64,000 bases of DNA from Candidatus Eiseniibacteriota bacterium (GTDB lineage: Bacteria; Eisenbacteria; RBG-16-71-46; CAIMUX01; VGJL01), in NCBI GenBank assembly GCA_963792585.1, contig CAWBWI010000006.1:704001-768000 (forward strand), in the 5' to 3' direction. Shown in pieces: positions 47,820 through 58,356 of this stretch; positions within the stretch are counted from its first letter, which is position 1, and each line of letters starts with the position of its first letter. A program made the translations under genes and the position numbers. The notes beneath the pieces are model-generated. The model saw nothing but the letters and a program-made list of their open reading frames with translations. It was not told the DNA's origin and did no database searches.

Positions 47820-48614
47820 ATGGGTATTCCGATCTACCAGGTAGATTCGTTCACGGAGACTCCGTTCCGGGGGAATCCCGCCGGTGTCTGCATCCTCTCC
47901 GTCCCGCGGGACGTGACGTGGATGCAGTCGGTCGCGCTCGAGATGAATCTCTCCGAGACGGCGTTCCTCGAGCGGCGTGACGACGCATTCGGCTTGCGGT
48001 GGTTCACCCCTGCGGTCGAAGTGGATCTCTGCGGTCACGCGACCCTCGCGAGCGCGCACATCCTCTGGGAGATCGGCATGCTCGAACACGGCGCTGAGGC
48101 GCGTTTCCACACCCGCAGCGGGCTCTTGACCGCGCAAGGACGCGCCGGGGAGATCGAGCTGGACTTCCCAGCGACGCCCAGCGAGCGCGTGACGCCGCCG
48201 CCCGGATTGTGCGAGGCGCTCGGCGTGACCCCCCGATACGTCGGGCAGAGCCGGTTCGATTACCTCGTCGAGGTCGGCACCGAGGAGGAGGTCCGCGCGG
48301 TGGCGCCGGACTTCGCTGAGTTGCGCACGCTCGGCGTGCGGGGCGTGATCGTCACGGCTCTCTCCTCGACGCCCGGGATCGACTTCGTCTCCCGTTTCTT
48401 CGCGCCGGGCGCCGGGATCGACGAGGATCCCGTTACGGGCTCCGCCCACTGCTGCCTCGCCCCCTACTGGGGTGAGCGCCTCGAGAAGCGGGAGATGCAC
48501 GCGTACCAAGCTTCTGCGCGCGGCGGCCGACTGCGCGTCCGCCTTCAGGGATCGCGCGTGCTGCTGGCCGGTCACGCGGTCACCGTCCTTCGCGGCGAGC
48601 TGGTCGACCACTGA
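47820..48614 (+). CDS. PhzF family epimerase-like protein
   Basis: 'QVDSF...PF.GNPAGV', 'NLSETAF', 'RWFTP..EVDLCGHATLA', 'EDPVTGSAH'. Confidence 0.95.
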   Translation: MGIPIYQVDSFTETPFRGNPAGVCILSVPRDVTWMQSVALEMNLSETAFLERRDDAFGLRWFTPAVEVDLCGHATLASAHILWEIGMLEHGAEARFHTRSGLLTAQGRAGEIELDFPATPSERVTPPPGLCEALGVTPRYVGQSRFDYLVEVGTEEEVRAVAPDFAELRTLGVRGVIVTALSSTPGIDFVSRFFAPGAGIDEDPVTGSAHCCLAPYWGERLEKREMHAYQASARGGRLRVRLQGSRVLLAGHAVTVLRGELVDH

Positions 48615-48629
48615 GAGGATCGCCGAGCC

Positions 48630-48992
48630 ATGCCCATCCTCGAGATCGAGATGATCGGAATTCCCGCCGAGGACATCTGTCATAGGCTGGCCCGGACGAT
48701 CGCCGACGCCGCTGGACGCGTCCTCCGTTCGGATCCTCAGGAGACGTGGGTCCGTCTGCGGATCCTTCCGGCCGATCAATATGCCGAGAACGGCGGCGCC
48801 CCCGAGGGACTCGCGCCCGTCTTCGTGAGCGTCCTGCGGCGGCGTAACCCCGAAGGAGATGATCTGAGCCGAGAGGTCGCGGAGTTGACCTCTGCGATCG
48901 CGACCGCGTGCGGTCGTCCGAAGGAGAATGTGCACGTCCGTTACGAGCCCCCGGGCGCGGACAGGCAGGCCTTCGGCGGCCGGTTGATCTAG
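48630..48992 (+). CDS. Tautomerase-like protein
   Basis: N-terminal Pro after Met (MPILEIE), two beta-alpha-beta halves, 'ENVHV.YEP....R.AFGG'. Confidence 0.7.
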   Translation: MPILEIEMIGIPAEDICHRLARTIADAAGRVLRSDPQETWVRLRILPADQYAENGGAPEGLAPVFVSVLRRRNPEGDDLSREVAELTSAIATACGRPKENVHVRYEPPGADRQAFGGRLI

Positions 48993-49013
48993 CCGCAGAG
49001 AGCCGAGGCTGCG

Positions 49014-50804
49014 TTGGATGCCCTCTCGCAGAACGTCGTCATCCTTCGGGACGACCTGCGCGATCGCTGGATCCGCTTCACGAACCCGCGGGAGATCGTG
49101 CAGGCTGACGATCTCGACGCGGTTCTCCCCGCGATCGAGAGGATCGAGCGGCTCGTCGATACGGACGGGCTCCACGCCGCTGGATTCTTATCCTACGAGG
49201 CCTCGCGGGCCTTCGACATAGCCCTCACGGTCAAGGAATCGCGCGGCGTCCCTCTACTGTGGTTCGCCATCTACGAAGGCTCCGAAGTCATCGATCTGCC
49301 GCCCGGGGACGGCGCGCCGATTCTTCCCGCGCAGGCGTGGACACCCTCGGTCTCTCCCGATCGGTACCGGGAAGCAGTGGAACGCGTGCGCGCATACATT
49401 CGCGATGGCGACACCTACCAGGTGAACTACACCTATCGATTGAGCGCGCCGTGCGAGGTGGAGCCGTGGACGTTCTTCCTGCGTCTGCTCGGGCCGGAGC
49501 CGCCGCCGTTCGCTGCGTTCATCCAGACGCGGGACTGGGCGATTGCGAGCGCTTCCCCCGAGCTGTTCTTCGATGTCGCCGGGGGGCGCATCCGTTCCCG
49601 GCCGATGAAGGGGACCGCATCGCGGGGCCGCACCCTCGCGGAGGACCGGGAGCGCGCCGCCTTCCTCGCCTCCTCCGAGAAGGATCGGGCGGAGAACCTG
49701 ATGATCGTCGACATGGTCCGTAACGACCTCGGCCGGGCCGCGGTCACGGGCACGGTCGTCGTGGACGAACTCTTCGGCATCGAGAAGTACCCGACCGTCT
49801 GGCAGATGACATCGACCGTGAGCGCGCGAACCGACGCCGGCTTTACGGAGATCCTCAAAGCCGCATTCCCGCCCGCCTCGATCACGGGCGCGCCGAAGGC
49901 CCGTACGATGGAGATCATCGCGGAGCTAGAGACGACCCCGCGCGGCGTCTACACCGGCGCGATCGGGTTCGTGTCGCCGGGACGGCGGATGCAATTCAAT
50001 GTGGCGATCCGCACCGCGAGGATCGATCGGCGCAACCGCACCGCCGAGTACGGCGTCGGCGGCGGAATCATCTGGGACTCGCGCCCCGAGTCGGAACTCG
50101 AGGAAAGCAGGATGAAGTCGCGGATCCTGGGCCACGCGCCCGCCGCATTCTCGCTTCTGGAGACGATCCTCTGGACTCCGGAGGAGGGATACGCGCTCCT
50201 CAATCGACACCGGCGACGGCTCGCGGAGTCGTGCGAGTACTTCGCGTTTTCGCTCGACCTGGAGGCGATCGATTCTGAGCTGAATCGGATCGCCGGCTCG
50301 CTTCCCGCGCGGGCGCATCGCGTGCGTCTGCTCGTCGCGCGGGATGGTCTCGTACGCGCGGAGGCGACGCCTCTCGGGCCGGTATGCGCATCGGGGCCCT
50401 GGCGCGTTTGCCTCGCTCCTTCGCCGGTGGACGTATCCGATCCCTTCCTCTATCACAAGACCACGAATCGTCGCGTCTACGACGCTGCTCGCGCCGCCTG
50501 TCCAGGTTTCGACGATGTGATCCTCTGGAATGCGAAGGGCGAGATCACGGAATCGTGCATCGCGAATGTCGTGGTCGAGATCGGCGGAAACCTCTTCACC
50601 CCGCCGGTCGCGTGCGGCCTGCTCGCGGGGACCTACAGAGCCCGGATGCTCGAAGAGCGCCGGGTCGCGGAGCGGGTCGTCTCGATCGAGGAGTTGCTGG
50701 CGAGCCCTCGCCTCCTGCTCGTGAACTCGGTGCGAGGGGTGGTGGAGGTCCGGTTTGCGCCGATTCCGACGGCCGCGCCGACGCGGCCGGCGATAGGACG
50801 CTGA
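49014..50804 (+). CDS. pabB: Aminodeoxychorismate synthase component I fused to class IV aminotransferase/ADC lyase domain
   Basis: 'GDTYQVN', 'SASPELF', 'RPMKGT', 'KDRAEN.MIVDMVRNDL', 'FPPASITGAPK'; C-terminal 'YHKTT.R', 'TE....N', 'GLL.GT.R'. Confidence 0.93.
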   Translation: MDALSQNVVILRDDLRDRWIRFTNPREIVQADDLDAVLPAIERIERLVDTDGLHAAGFLSYEASRAFDIALTVKESRGVPLLWFAIYEGSEVIDLPPGDGAPILPAQAWTPSVSPDRYREAVERVRAYIRDGDTYQVNYTYRLSAPCEVEPWTFFLRLLGPEPPPFAAFIQTRDWAIASASPELFFDVAGGRIRSRPMKGTASRGRTLAEDRERAAFLASSEKDRAENLMIVDMVRNDLGRAAVTGTVVVDELFGIEKYPTVWQMTSTVSARTDAGFTEILKAAFPPASITGAPKARTMEIIAELETTPRGVYTGAIGFVSPGRRMQFNVAIRTARIDRRNRTAEYGVGGGIIWDSRPESELEESRMKSRILGHAPAAFSLLETILWTPEEGYALLNRHRRRLAESCEYFAFSLDLEAIDSELNRIAGSLPARAHRVRLLVARDGLVRAEATPLGPVCASGPWRVCLAPSPVDVSDPFLYHKTTNRRVYDAARAACPGFDDVILWNAKGEITESCIANVVVEIGGNLFTPPVACGLLAGTYRARMLEERRVAERVVSIEELLASPRLLLVNSVRGVVEVRFAPIPTAAPTRPAIGR

Positions 50805-50816
50805 AGGAGGCACAGG

Positions 50817-51587
50817 TTGCTCAGGTTCGCCGTCACGCGCGAGGTGAGCCCCGCAATCGTTCGCTGCGAGCTGACGCACCTCGATCGGCAGCCGATCGAC
50901 CTTTTCCGCGCCCGCGCGCAGCACGATGCGTACATCCGCGCCCTCGAGGGACTCGGATGCCGCATCGTGCGCCTTCCCGCCGAGCCCGATCTCCCCGATT
51001 CGGTCTTCGTTGAGGATGCCGCCGTCGTGCTCGACGAGGTCGCGATCCTGACGCGTCCCGGAGCGACGTCGCGGCAACCAGAGGTGGAGACGGTCCGTTC
51101 CGCCATTGCGCCCTATCGGCGTACCGCCGCGATCCAGCCGCCCGCGACGCTCGACGGCGGCGACGTGCTGGTGCTTGGCAAGCGTCTCTATGTGGGCGCC
51201 TCCTCGCGCAGCGACGCGCGCGCGGTGGAGCAGCTCTGCGGGCTCCTCGCGCCCTTCGAATATCAAGTGACGCCGGTGCCGATCCACGGCTGCCTCCACC
51301 TGAAGTCGGCCGTGACGCGGATCGCTTCCGACTGTCTGCTTCTCAACGCTGACTGGGTCGACGGATCGACGTTTCCGGATATGCGCCTCGTCCGCACGGA
51401 CCCCGAAGAGCCCTTCGCGGCCAACGCCCTGCTCGTCGCGGGAGTGGTGATCTACCCCGCCGGCTTCCCACGCACGCGAAAGCGGATCGAGGCGGCCGGC
51501 GTGCCTGTCGTTACCGTGGACGTCACGGAGCTGGCCAAGGCCGAGGGGGGCGTCACCTGCTGCAGCTTGATCTTCGACGCTGAATAG
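50817..51587 (+). CDS. ddaH: Dimethylarginine dimethylaminohydrolase (amidinotransferase fold)
   Basis: 'A..QH..Y...L', 'PDSVFVED', 'LDGGDV', 'LHLKS', 'KAEGGVTCCS'. Confidence 0.92.
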   Translation: MLRFAVTREVSPAIVRCELTHLDRQPIDLFRARAQHDAYIRALEGLGCRIVRLPAEPDLPDSVFVEDAAVVLDEVAILTRPGATSRQPEVETVRSAIAPYRRTAAIQPPATLDGGDVLVLGKRLYVGASSRSDARAVEQLCGLLAPFEYQVTPVPIHGCLHLKSAVTRIASDCLLLNADWVDGSTFPDMRLVRTDPEEPFAANALLVAGVVIYPAGFPRTRKRIEAAGVPVVTVDVTELAKAEGGVTCCSLIFDAE

Positions 51588-51722
51588 CCGCGCCGGCGGC
51601 ACGATCCCTGCGATGCGCTATAATCATCGATGCGCGATGCGGGTCGACCCGGCAACGAAGACGATCCGCCTCTAGGGTCGTTCCAAGTAGGAAGCCATGG
51701 ACGTCAAACAAATGGGGTAGGG

Positions 51723-53969
51723 ATGAATTCCGGCGGTCGCGTTCGCTCCCGGGGCATCGTCCTCGGAATCCTAGCCATCCTCTGCGCGCATGCGGGCGAT
51801 GCCACCGCGCAGGCCACCCGCCCGCCCGTGGTCACCCGTCCTTCCTACGAGAACACCTACGCGAAGGATTTCATCATGGACGCGCCGTGGCGGGTTGCCG
51901 ATGCGTCCACGACGATTCCCCTTACGATCATTCTCAAGGACTGCGATACCGATGACGTGCGCCAGCTCCACTGGATTCGCTGTTGGGACGTGACCGGTGG
52001 CGGTTCCACGACCCTTTGGGACCACAACTTCGGCGACGAGCGGATCGGCGACGATCCGACCGAGGCGAACGACTGGACCTACGTCACGACCGTGACCGAA
52101 GGGCACCCTTCCCTGCCCAACGGTACGCTCCTTACCCCGGCGAACCTGGGATACGCTGCGGGCGACGTGATTCGGCTGCGGGTGTCCATCTATTACAAGG
52201 ACGACATCTTCAATTATACGGAGACGCGCAACCTGCGCGTGCGTGTCGGCGACGGTGCTTTCCCATGGCCTGCCGGTTGGTATGGCGGGGACATGCACAC
52301 GCACACGATGTACACCAACAACGTCGCCGAATCGGGCGCGCCGATTCCGGCGCAGCGGCGGGCGGCCGCCGCGATCGGGCTGCACTGGCTCATCACCACC
52401 GATCACTCCTGCGACATGGACGAGACGGGCGACGGCGACTGGTCCTACGCCACACCCGCGTGGGAGTACACACTGCAAACCCCATCAGGCGCGCAGACCT
52501 TCCAGCGCATCACATCGAACTACGGGACGACCTGGGACGCGACCGGCGCCGACATCGTCGACTTCCAGGGACCCGACTTCCGGTTGGTCCGCGGAGCCGA
52601 GGTGAACCTTGCCTCGATCGATGTCGATTCCCGTGCGAAGACGCTCCACTGCCTATTCGTCGACAACGGCTACGTCTCCTCTCCGTGGTCGGGGGCGCTG
52701 GGCGAACGCCCCGTCTTCCCCACCGTTCCCGATGGACTTGCGCAGGTCACCGGTTCCGGTTTCGCATTCTCCGCCCATCCCCTTTCCGATCTCGGCGCGG
52801 AGTTCGGCGGCCTTGACTATGCCGTCAACGGCGCGCTGTGGGGGGATCAGGATCAGGCGACGGCGCTCCTGTTCGAGGGCTATCTCGGGCTCGAGGCATT
52901 CAACACGCGGCCGACGAGGTACTCGACCAACGAGACCGACCCTTGGGCCGACTTCGACGCGGGCGTCTCGCCCGACCGCCCCTATCCCGCCGAGCTGCTG
53001 GAGGGCATCGCCGCCTGGGATGTTCTTCTACGCACACACCTCGTGGAGACGCCCGGCGCGGACCGCTTCTCGCCCGCGCGCCGCGTCTTGCTCACAGGCG
53101 GGAGCGACGCGCACGGCGACTTCAACTACACGACGAGCCTCGCGCTCGACAGCTACGCCACCGACAACGCCATCGGAAAGGTGCAGACCGTCGCCCACGT
53201 TCCCGGCCCGTACGGGCCCGGGAACCTGCCGCCGGCCGGGGCGATCCTCGACGCCATCCGCCTTGGGAGGATGTTCGTCACCGACGGCCCGTTCATCGAG
53301 ATGGGCATCGACCGGGACAATGACGGCGATTGGTACGAGGCCGAGGATCTCCAGCTCGGCGACCAGGGGAGCGCAAACCCGAACGTGTCCCTGCCCCTGC
53401 GGATCCGCTGGGCATCGCTCCCCGAGTTCGGGCCGATCACATCCGTTCGCATCTTCGCCGGGAGCACCGCCGCGACCTCCCTGCTGCTCGCCTTCGATCC
53501 GACCCTGTCCGGCGAGGGCTATCTCGGGTCGTCCCAGCTCGACCTGCGGGACTACCACCTCCACGGGCCGCATTACTTCCGGGTCGAGTGCCTCACGTCG
53601 GACGGTGACGCCGGGCATCGGGCGTATGCGAATCCGATCTGGGTCGACTTCAGCACGACCGCGGACGTGGTGGACGGGTGGGCTCCGGTGACGGTCGCAT
53701 CTCCCCGAGTCGCGCCGGATCCGTCATCGGGAATCATACGCATCGAGTTCACCCTGCCGAAGGGAGCCTCGGTGGGTTGCACAATCCACGATGCGGTCGG
53801 CCGTAGAGTTCGGAGGCTGTCCGAAGAGCAACGGTTCTCCGCCGGGGGCCACAAGGTCGAATGGGACGGCCGCGACGACCGGGGCGGAGCCGTTCCGTCG
53901 GGGGTCTACTATGGAGTCCTCACACTCGACGGTGTAGAATCGGTCCACAAACTCCACCTGATACGATGA
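51723..53969 (+). CDS. Secreted PHP-fold metallohydrolase with FlgD/T9SS-like C-terminal domain
   Basis: 'GGDMHTHT', 'TDHS', 'AHP', 'GGSDAHGD', 'G..FVTDGP'; tail 'WDGRDD.G..VPSGVY'. Confidence 0.82.
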   Translation: MNSGGRVRSRGIVLGILAILCAHAGDATAQATRPPVVTRPSYENTYAKDFIMDAPWRVADASTTIPLTIILKDCDTDDVRQLHWIRCWDVTGGGSTTLWDHNFGDERIGDDPTEANDWTYVTTVTEGHPSLPNGTLLTPANLGYAAGDVIRLRVSIYYKDDIFNYTETRNLRVRVGDGAFPWPAGWYGGDMHTHTMYTNNVAESGAPIPAQRRAAAAIGLHWLITTDHSCDMDETGDGDWSYATPAWEYTLQTPSGAQTFQRITSNYGTTWDATGADIVDFQGPDFRLVRGAEVNLASIDVDSRAKTLHCLFVDNGYVSSPWSGALGERPVFPTVPDGLAQVTGSGFAFSAHPLSDLGAEFGGLDYAVNGALWGDQDQATALLFEGYLGLEAFNTRPTRYSTNETDPWADFDAGVSPDRPYPAELLEGIAAWDVLLRTHLVETPGADRFSPARRVLLTGGSDAHGDFNYTTSLALDSYATDNAIGKVQTVAHVPGPYGPGNLPPAGAILDAIRLGRMFVTDGPFIEMGIDRDNDGDWYEAEDLQLGDQGSANPNVSLPLRIRWASLPEFGPITSVRIFAGSTAATSLLLAFDPTLSGEGYLGSSQLDLRDYHLHGPHYFRVECLTSDGDAGHRAYANPIWVDFSTTADVVDGWAPVTVASPRVAPDPSSGIIRIEFTLPKGASVGCTIHDAVGRRVRRLSEEQRFSAGGHKVEWDGRDDRGGAVPSGVYYGVLTLDGVESVHKLHLIR

Positions 53970-54015
53970 GCCGGATCGTCGAGCGGGACGGTCCGCACGT
54001 TCGAGGGAGGCCGCC

Positions 54016-54528
54016 GTGCCCGATCCGGGACTGACGCTCGAGGGTGAACAACTTCAGCTCACGAGTACACGCGGGCAGGATCTCCCCGACCTGATCGCGC
54101 TCTGGAATGATGGAGAGGTGATGCGGTGGGTCGGATTCCCGAACGGTCTCGGGTACACCGCGGAGAAGGCGGCGGCCTGGCTCGAGGGAGTCAGGACCAG
54201 CTCTCGCTCCTACCACTTCTGCGCCCGCGCGGGGACCGGCGAGTTCCTGGGGGAGGTCTTTTGCAAGGTGGATGACGGGAGCCGCCGCGCCGGACTCGAC
54301 ATCAAGTTCGTGCAGGCCGCGCGGGGACGCGGTCTGAGTCGCGATGCGCTCCTGACATTGATCGATTGGATCTTCCGCGACCTCCCCGGCGTGGACGCCG
54401 TCTGGACCGAGCCGGGGGCGGGTAACCTCGCCGCTCAGACGCTCTATTACTCGTGCGGGCTTCGACCGACGGAACGGCCCGCGGGGATGCACAAGGCCGA
54501 TTCGTACTGGGAGCGACGGAAAGGGTGA
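54016..54528 (+). CDS. GNAT acetyltransferase (RimJ/RimL-like)
   Basis: 'L...WND.EVMR.VG', 'ARGRG', 'N.AA..LY...G'. Confidence 0.85.
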   Translation: MPDPGLTLEGEQLQLTSTRGQDLPDLIALWNDGEVMRWVGFPNGLGYTAEKAAAWLEGVRTSSRSYHFCARAGTGEFLGEVFCKVDDGSRRAGLDIKFVQAARGRGLSRDALLTLIDWIFRDLPGVDAVWTEPGAGNLAAQTLYYSCGLRPTERPAGMHKADSYWERRKG

Positions 54529-55316
54529 CTCCCGTTCTTCATGACCTCCGGAGTCGGCCGGACCTGGCGGCGCAGATCCCGGCGATCAGCAGGGCATCAT
54601 GGCCCCCGTTCCTCCTGCACAGCGATGTCGAGAACTGGGAGAGTCTCCTCTCGCGGTTCCCGGAGTTTCAGTTCGTCCTTTGTGAGCCCGGAAACGAGGT
54701 GATCGCCGTCGGCCACGCCGTTCCGATCCCGTGGGACGGCTCGTCGGAGGATCTTCCGGAGACGATCAATGGAATCCTCCGGCGCGCGAACGCGACCCTC
54801 GATGCCGGAGGACCGACCCACGCCCTTTCCGCGCTCGCGGCGATGGTGCGGCCCGATCATCGGGGGCACGGCCTCAGCGCCGCCGTCATTCAAGCGATGC
54901 GCAATCTCGCCCACCGGAGAGGCCTCCGATCGCTGGTCGCCCCCGTGAGGCCCACACTCAAGAGCCTTCACCCCGAGATCTCGATGGAGGAGTACATTGC
55001 GCGAACCCGCGCGGACGGCATGCCATACGATCCCTGGATTCGCATCCACCTCCGGCTGGGCGCACACTTTCGTCGCATCGTCCCCACCTCCCTTGTTGTC
55101 GAGGCAACGGTGTGCGAATGGGAGGAGTGGACCCGGCTGCGCTTTGCTCGCAGCGGAGCGTTCGCGGTTCCCGGCGCGCTCCGGATGGTGTCGATCGACC
55201 GCGAGGCGAATCGGGGGCGTTACGAGGAACCCAACGTGTGGATGGACCATCCTATGAGTGAGACCCGTGCACCACGAGATGAATCTTCGATGCGGGACGA
55301 TCGGATGGCCCGGTGA
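54525..55316 (+). CDS. GNAT-fold acyltransferase
   Basis: 'WP.F..H', 'V.P..RG.GLS', 'APVRPT.K', 'P.DPW.R.H.RLG', 'Y.EPNVW..H'; GTGA overlap with the upstream stop. Confidence 0.8.
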   Translation: MTPVLHDLRSRPDLAAQIPAISRASWPPFLLHSDVENWESLLSRFPEFQFVLCEPGNEVIAVGHAVPIPWDGSSEDLPETINGILRRANATLDAGGPTHALSALAAMVRPDHRGHGLSAAVIQAMRNLAHRRGLRSLVAPVRPTLKSLHPEISMEEYIARTRADGMPYDPWIRIHLRLGAHFRRIVPTSLVVEATVCEWEEWTRLRFARSGAFAVPGALRMVSIDREANRGRYEEPNVWMDHPMSETRAPRDESSMRDDRMAR

Positions 55317-56041
55317 CCGTTCGCGGGTCCGATCCGATCGTCACCTGCGCATGGGGCGAGCAGGGGATGCGCGCCGTCGCGGGCGGGTGCGACGTGGTCG
55401 TGATCGTGGACATCCTCTCCTTCACGACGGCGGTCGACGTGGCGGTCTCGCGGGGGGCGGCGATCTACCCCCATTCCTACGGGTCAGAGACCGCTCGCGC
55501 CCTGGCCGACTCCGTCGGTGCGCGCCTCGCGGGGCCGCGCTCTGCGGGAGGCCTGTCCCTCTCCCCCGCATCGCTCGAGAAACTGGCGCCGGGAGAGCGT
55601 CTCGTCCTGCCGTCACCGAACGGCTCTCGGATTTCGGTCGCATCCCCGTGTGAGGCGACCTTCGCGGCCTGCCTGCGCAATGCGCGCGCCGTGGCGGCCG
55701 CCGCCCGTGCGGTCGGGCTGCGGATTGCCGTCATCGCCGCCGGCGAGCGCTGGCCCGACGGGAGCTTGCGTCCGGCGATCGAAGACTGGCTTGGCGCGGG
55801 CGCGGTGATCGAGCACCTGGGTGGAAGTCTGTCCCCCGATGCGTTCGCGGCCCGGGCGGCCTTCCGCGCCGCGGGTCCCGACGTCGGCGATCTTGTCATT
55901 GACTCCCTCTCGGGGCGGGAACTCCTCGAGCGCGGTCACTCGCGCGACCTCTTCTTGACCGTCCAGGTCGACGCGAGCGCATGCGTTCCGAGGCTGATCG
56001 ATCACGCCTATTGCGACGCGTCGCATCCCCTCTCCCGATGA
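55313..56041 (+). CDS. 2-phosphosulfolactate phosphatase (ComB) family protein
   Basis: 'VVIVDILSFTT', 'SLSP', 'SPNGS', 'ACLRNA.AVA', 'AAGERW', 'EDWLGAG'. Confidence 0.88.
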   Translation: MTVRGSDPIVTCAWGEQGMRAVAGGCDVVVIVDILSFTTAVDVAVSRGAAIYPHSYGSETARALADSVGARLAGPRSAGGLSLSPASLEKLAPGERLVLPSPNGSRISVASPCEATFAACLRNARAVAAAARAVGLRIAVIAAGERWPDGSLRPAIEDWLGAGAVIEHLGGSLSPDAFAARAAFRAAGPDVGDLVIDSLSGRELLERGHSRDLFLTVQVDASACVPRLIDHAYCDASHPLSR

Positions 56042-56069
56042 CGACGCCGACCCCGCAAGGAGACGCGCG

Positions 56070-56501
56070 ATGATGCTCCGTCCGATGGTCGAGGAGGATG
56101 CGGCGGAAGTCGCAGGCCTCTCGGGCCAGCTCGGTTACCCGACCGACCCGCGCGAGATCGCAGAGCGGATCCGTGCGCTCGCGGGCGACCTTGATTCCGC
56201 GATCCTCGTCGCCGAGTCCGATGATCGCCGTCTCGTGGGATGGATCCACGTGATCGGCCGGCGCTTCATCGAGTCCGCCCCGTCGGCCGAGGTGATCGGT
56301 CTCGTCGTCGACGCCGCGGTGCGCCGCGCAGGCGTCGGGGCCGAACTGCTCGCCGCCGCGGAATCCTGGGCGAGCGCGCACGGCTACGCGTCGATGCGGA
56401 TCCGCTCGAACACCGCGCGCGTGGAGGCGCGTCCATTCTACCTCAAGCACGGATATGCGATCGCCAAGACGCAGTATGTCTTCCGGAAGGACTTGCGATG
56501 A
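56070..56501 (+). CDS. GNAT acetyltransferase
   Basis: 'L..QLGYP', 'LVVD...RR.GVG..LL', 'R..A..FY...GY'. Confidence 0.9.
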   Translation: MMLRPMVEEDAAEVAGLSGQLGYPTDPREIAERIRALAGDLDSAILVAESDDRRLVGWIHVIGRRFIESAPSAEVIGLVVDAAVRRAGVGAELLAAAESWASAHGYASMRIRSNTARVEARPFYLKHGYAIAKTQYVFRKDLR

Positions 56502-56562
56502 GCCCACCGCGAACCGATGCGCGCGGGGCTCGGGGTGCGTTCCCGTGCCGGAAAGGAAGCGA

Positions 56563-57363
56563 CTAGGCCGCTTCGATCCGCCACTCCCCGGCATCGAGCG
56601 CGCGGACCGTCTCATCGAATAACTTCTGCGCCCGCGCCTGGTACGCCTCCACCTCATCCACCGACGGCGGGAAGACCAGCCGCTCGATCTCGGCGACCAC
56701 ATCGGCCGGCAAATCGCGATCGAGGTACCGGAGGCCGTAGTCGTAGCGATCGGGGCAGTGACGCATGCGCAGGATCTCGACGACGAACCGGATCGTCTGC
56801 GTCATGTAGGTCATCATCGCGTCGGCGGCCGCGCGACGGCGGGCGGCCTTCACCGTGAGGTTCTGGAAGAGTGGAAAGACCTCGCGCAGGACGGCCAGCC
56901 GCTTCTCCATTTTGGCGGTGTGCGCTGCACGATCGAACGGCGCCGCCTCTACGAGCCCCTCCTTGTCGAAGAGGACGAGCGCGTCGCCATGCCGTTCGCG
57001 CTCGAGGAACCAGTCCTTGCTGCTCCTCTTCAGGACCACGAAGTCGACGAAGTGGCATGCGTCGGCGTCGCGCAAGCTCAGGAACTCCTGCTCGTGACCG
57101 TGCCACGTGGGGCTCGGCAGGCGGAAGCGGTGCGCGATCGGCGACAGACGTTCGAGGACCTCGTGGGTGATCTCGAAGCACTGCTCGACCGCGTCGTCGT
57201 CGACGACGATCTGGATGTCGATGTCCGACCATGCGTCGGTTCGGCCGCTGGCGTCGCTTCCACCCAGCCACGCGGCATGCACGAACGGCAGCGGCTCGAA
57301 GGCCGCGGCCAGCGCGTCGATCATCATCTGCCGGCTGATCTTCTTGGAATCCACCTTCCCCAC
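56563..57363 (-). CDS. Pol-beta-type nucleotidyltransferase domain protein
   Basis: 'WLGGSDASGRTD.WSDIDI' (GS...DxD), followed by a helical C-domain. Confidence 0.8.
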   Translation of the reverse strand: MGKVDSKKISRQMMIDALAAAFEPLPFVHAAWLGGSDASGRTDAWSDIDIQIVVDDDAVEQCFEITHEVLERLSPIAHRFRLPSPTWHGHEQEFLSLRDADACHFVDFVVLKRSSKDWFLERERHGDALVLFDKEGLVEAAPFDRAAHTAKMEKRLAVLREVFPLFQNLTVKAARRRAAADAMMTYMTQTIRFVVEILRMRHCPDRYDYGLRYLDRDLPADVVAEIERLVFPPSVDEVEAYQARAQKLFDETVRALDAGEWRIEAA

Positions 57364-57376
57364 CCTCCCCCGATTC

Positions 57377-58141
57377 CTAGTTCAGTAGCGTCCCGATCCG
57401 ATTCAAGCGCACACGGTCCCAGGGTGCGCGGTCGGAATGCTCGAGATCATAGGACATCGTCACCACCCGCGCCCGGCCGATGATGTTCTTCTCCGGCACA
57501 GCACCGAAGAAGCGGCTGTCCGCCGAGTTGTCCCGGTTGTCCCCCATGAGGAAGACCGACCCGTCGGGCACGCGCAGGGGACCGAAGTTGTCGCGGTTGC
57601 CAAGGGCCGGCACGATCCCGGAGTGGACGAGTCCCTTGCGAAGGGTGCGGGGATCCCTGTGGATTGCGTGCCCGCCATCTTCCTCGGGAAGGCCATTGAC
57701 GAGCAGTTGCTTGTCGCGGATCTCGACCGTGTCGCCGCCGAGGGCCACGACGCGCTTCACGAAAGGAATCTTCGCGTCTTCGGGAGTCTCCACGATCACG
57801 ATGTCGCCGCGCCGGGCGTGACGGAAACCGGGGAGTTTCCAGGCGGGCAAGTGAACGCCGATTCGGGTCGCGGGGATGCCGATCCAGTGGGGGGTGCGGG
57901 GACCAAGGGTCAGCTTGTCGGCCATCAGGTAGTCCCCCGTCATGATGGTCGTCTCCATGGATCCGGTAGGCACCTGATAGGCCTGCACGAGACCGAACTG
58001 GAGCGCCAGCAGAAGGAGGACTCCCGAACCGATTTCTCCGAGGATACGCACGATGCGCGGGCCGAGCCCCTGAACCTCGCTCACAACCTCTAATGCATTG
58101 TCGTGTATATGTTTAGAAGGACTGGAACGGCGACGGAACAT
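57377..58141 (-). CDS. lepB: Signal peptidase I
   Basis: 'VPTGSME.T...GD', 'RGDIV', 'FVKRVVA..GD', 'MGDNRDNSADSRFFG'. Confidence 0.95.
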   Translation of the reverse strand: MFRRRSSPSKHIHDNALEVVSEVQGLGPRIVRILGEIGSGVLLLLALQFGLVQAYQVPTGSMETTIMTGDYLMADKLTLGPRTPHWIGIPATRIGVHLPAWKLPGFRHARRGDIVIVETPEDAKIPFVKRVVALGGDTVEIRDKQLLVNGLPEEDGGHAIHRDPRTLRKGLVHSGIVPALGNRDNFGPLRVPDGSVFLMGDNRDNSADSRFFGAVPEKNIIGRARVVTMSYDLEHSDRAPWDRVRLNRIGTLLN

Positions 58142-58356
58142 GGTGGAGATCCTCCCCGTGGTCGTTGGACGCGGTGGCCGCCTGCTGACACCATGGATAC
58201 GGCTTACGGTTCCCGAGGCATTCAGGTTCCGCAGTCGGGACACGGGATCGGCCCGCGGGCCGCAACAATGCAGGCCTTGGGAGACGTATGGTCCCGGTAA
58301 CCGGCGCGGCCGAATCGGCCGCGCCCTCTCGACCGATCGAAAGGAGACAGAGCCTC

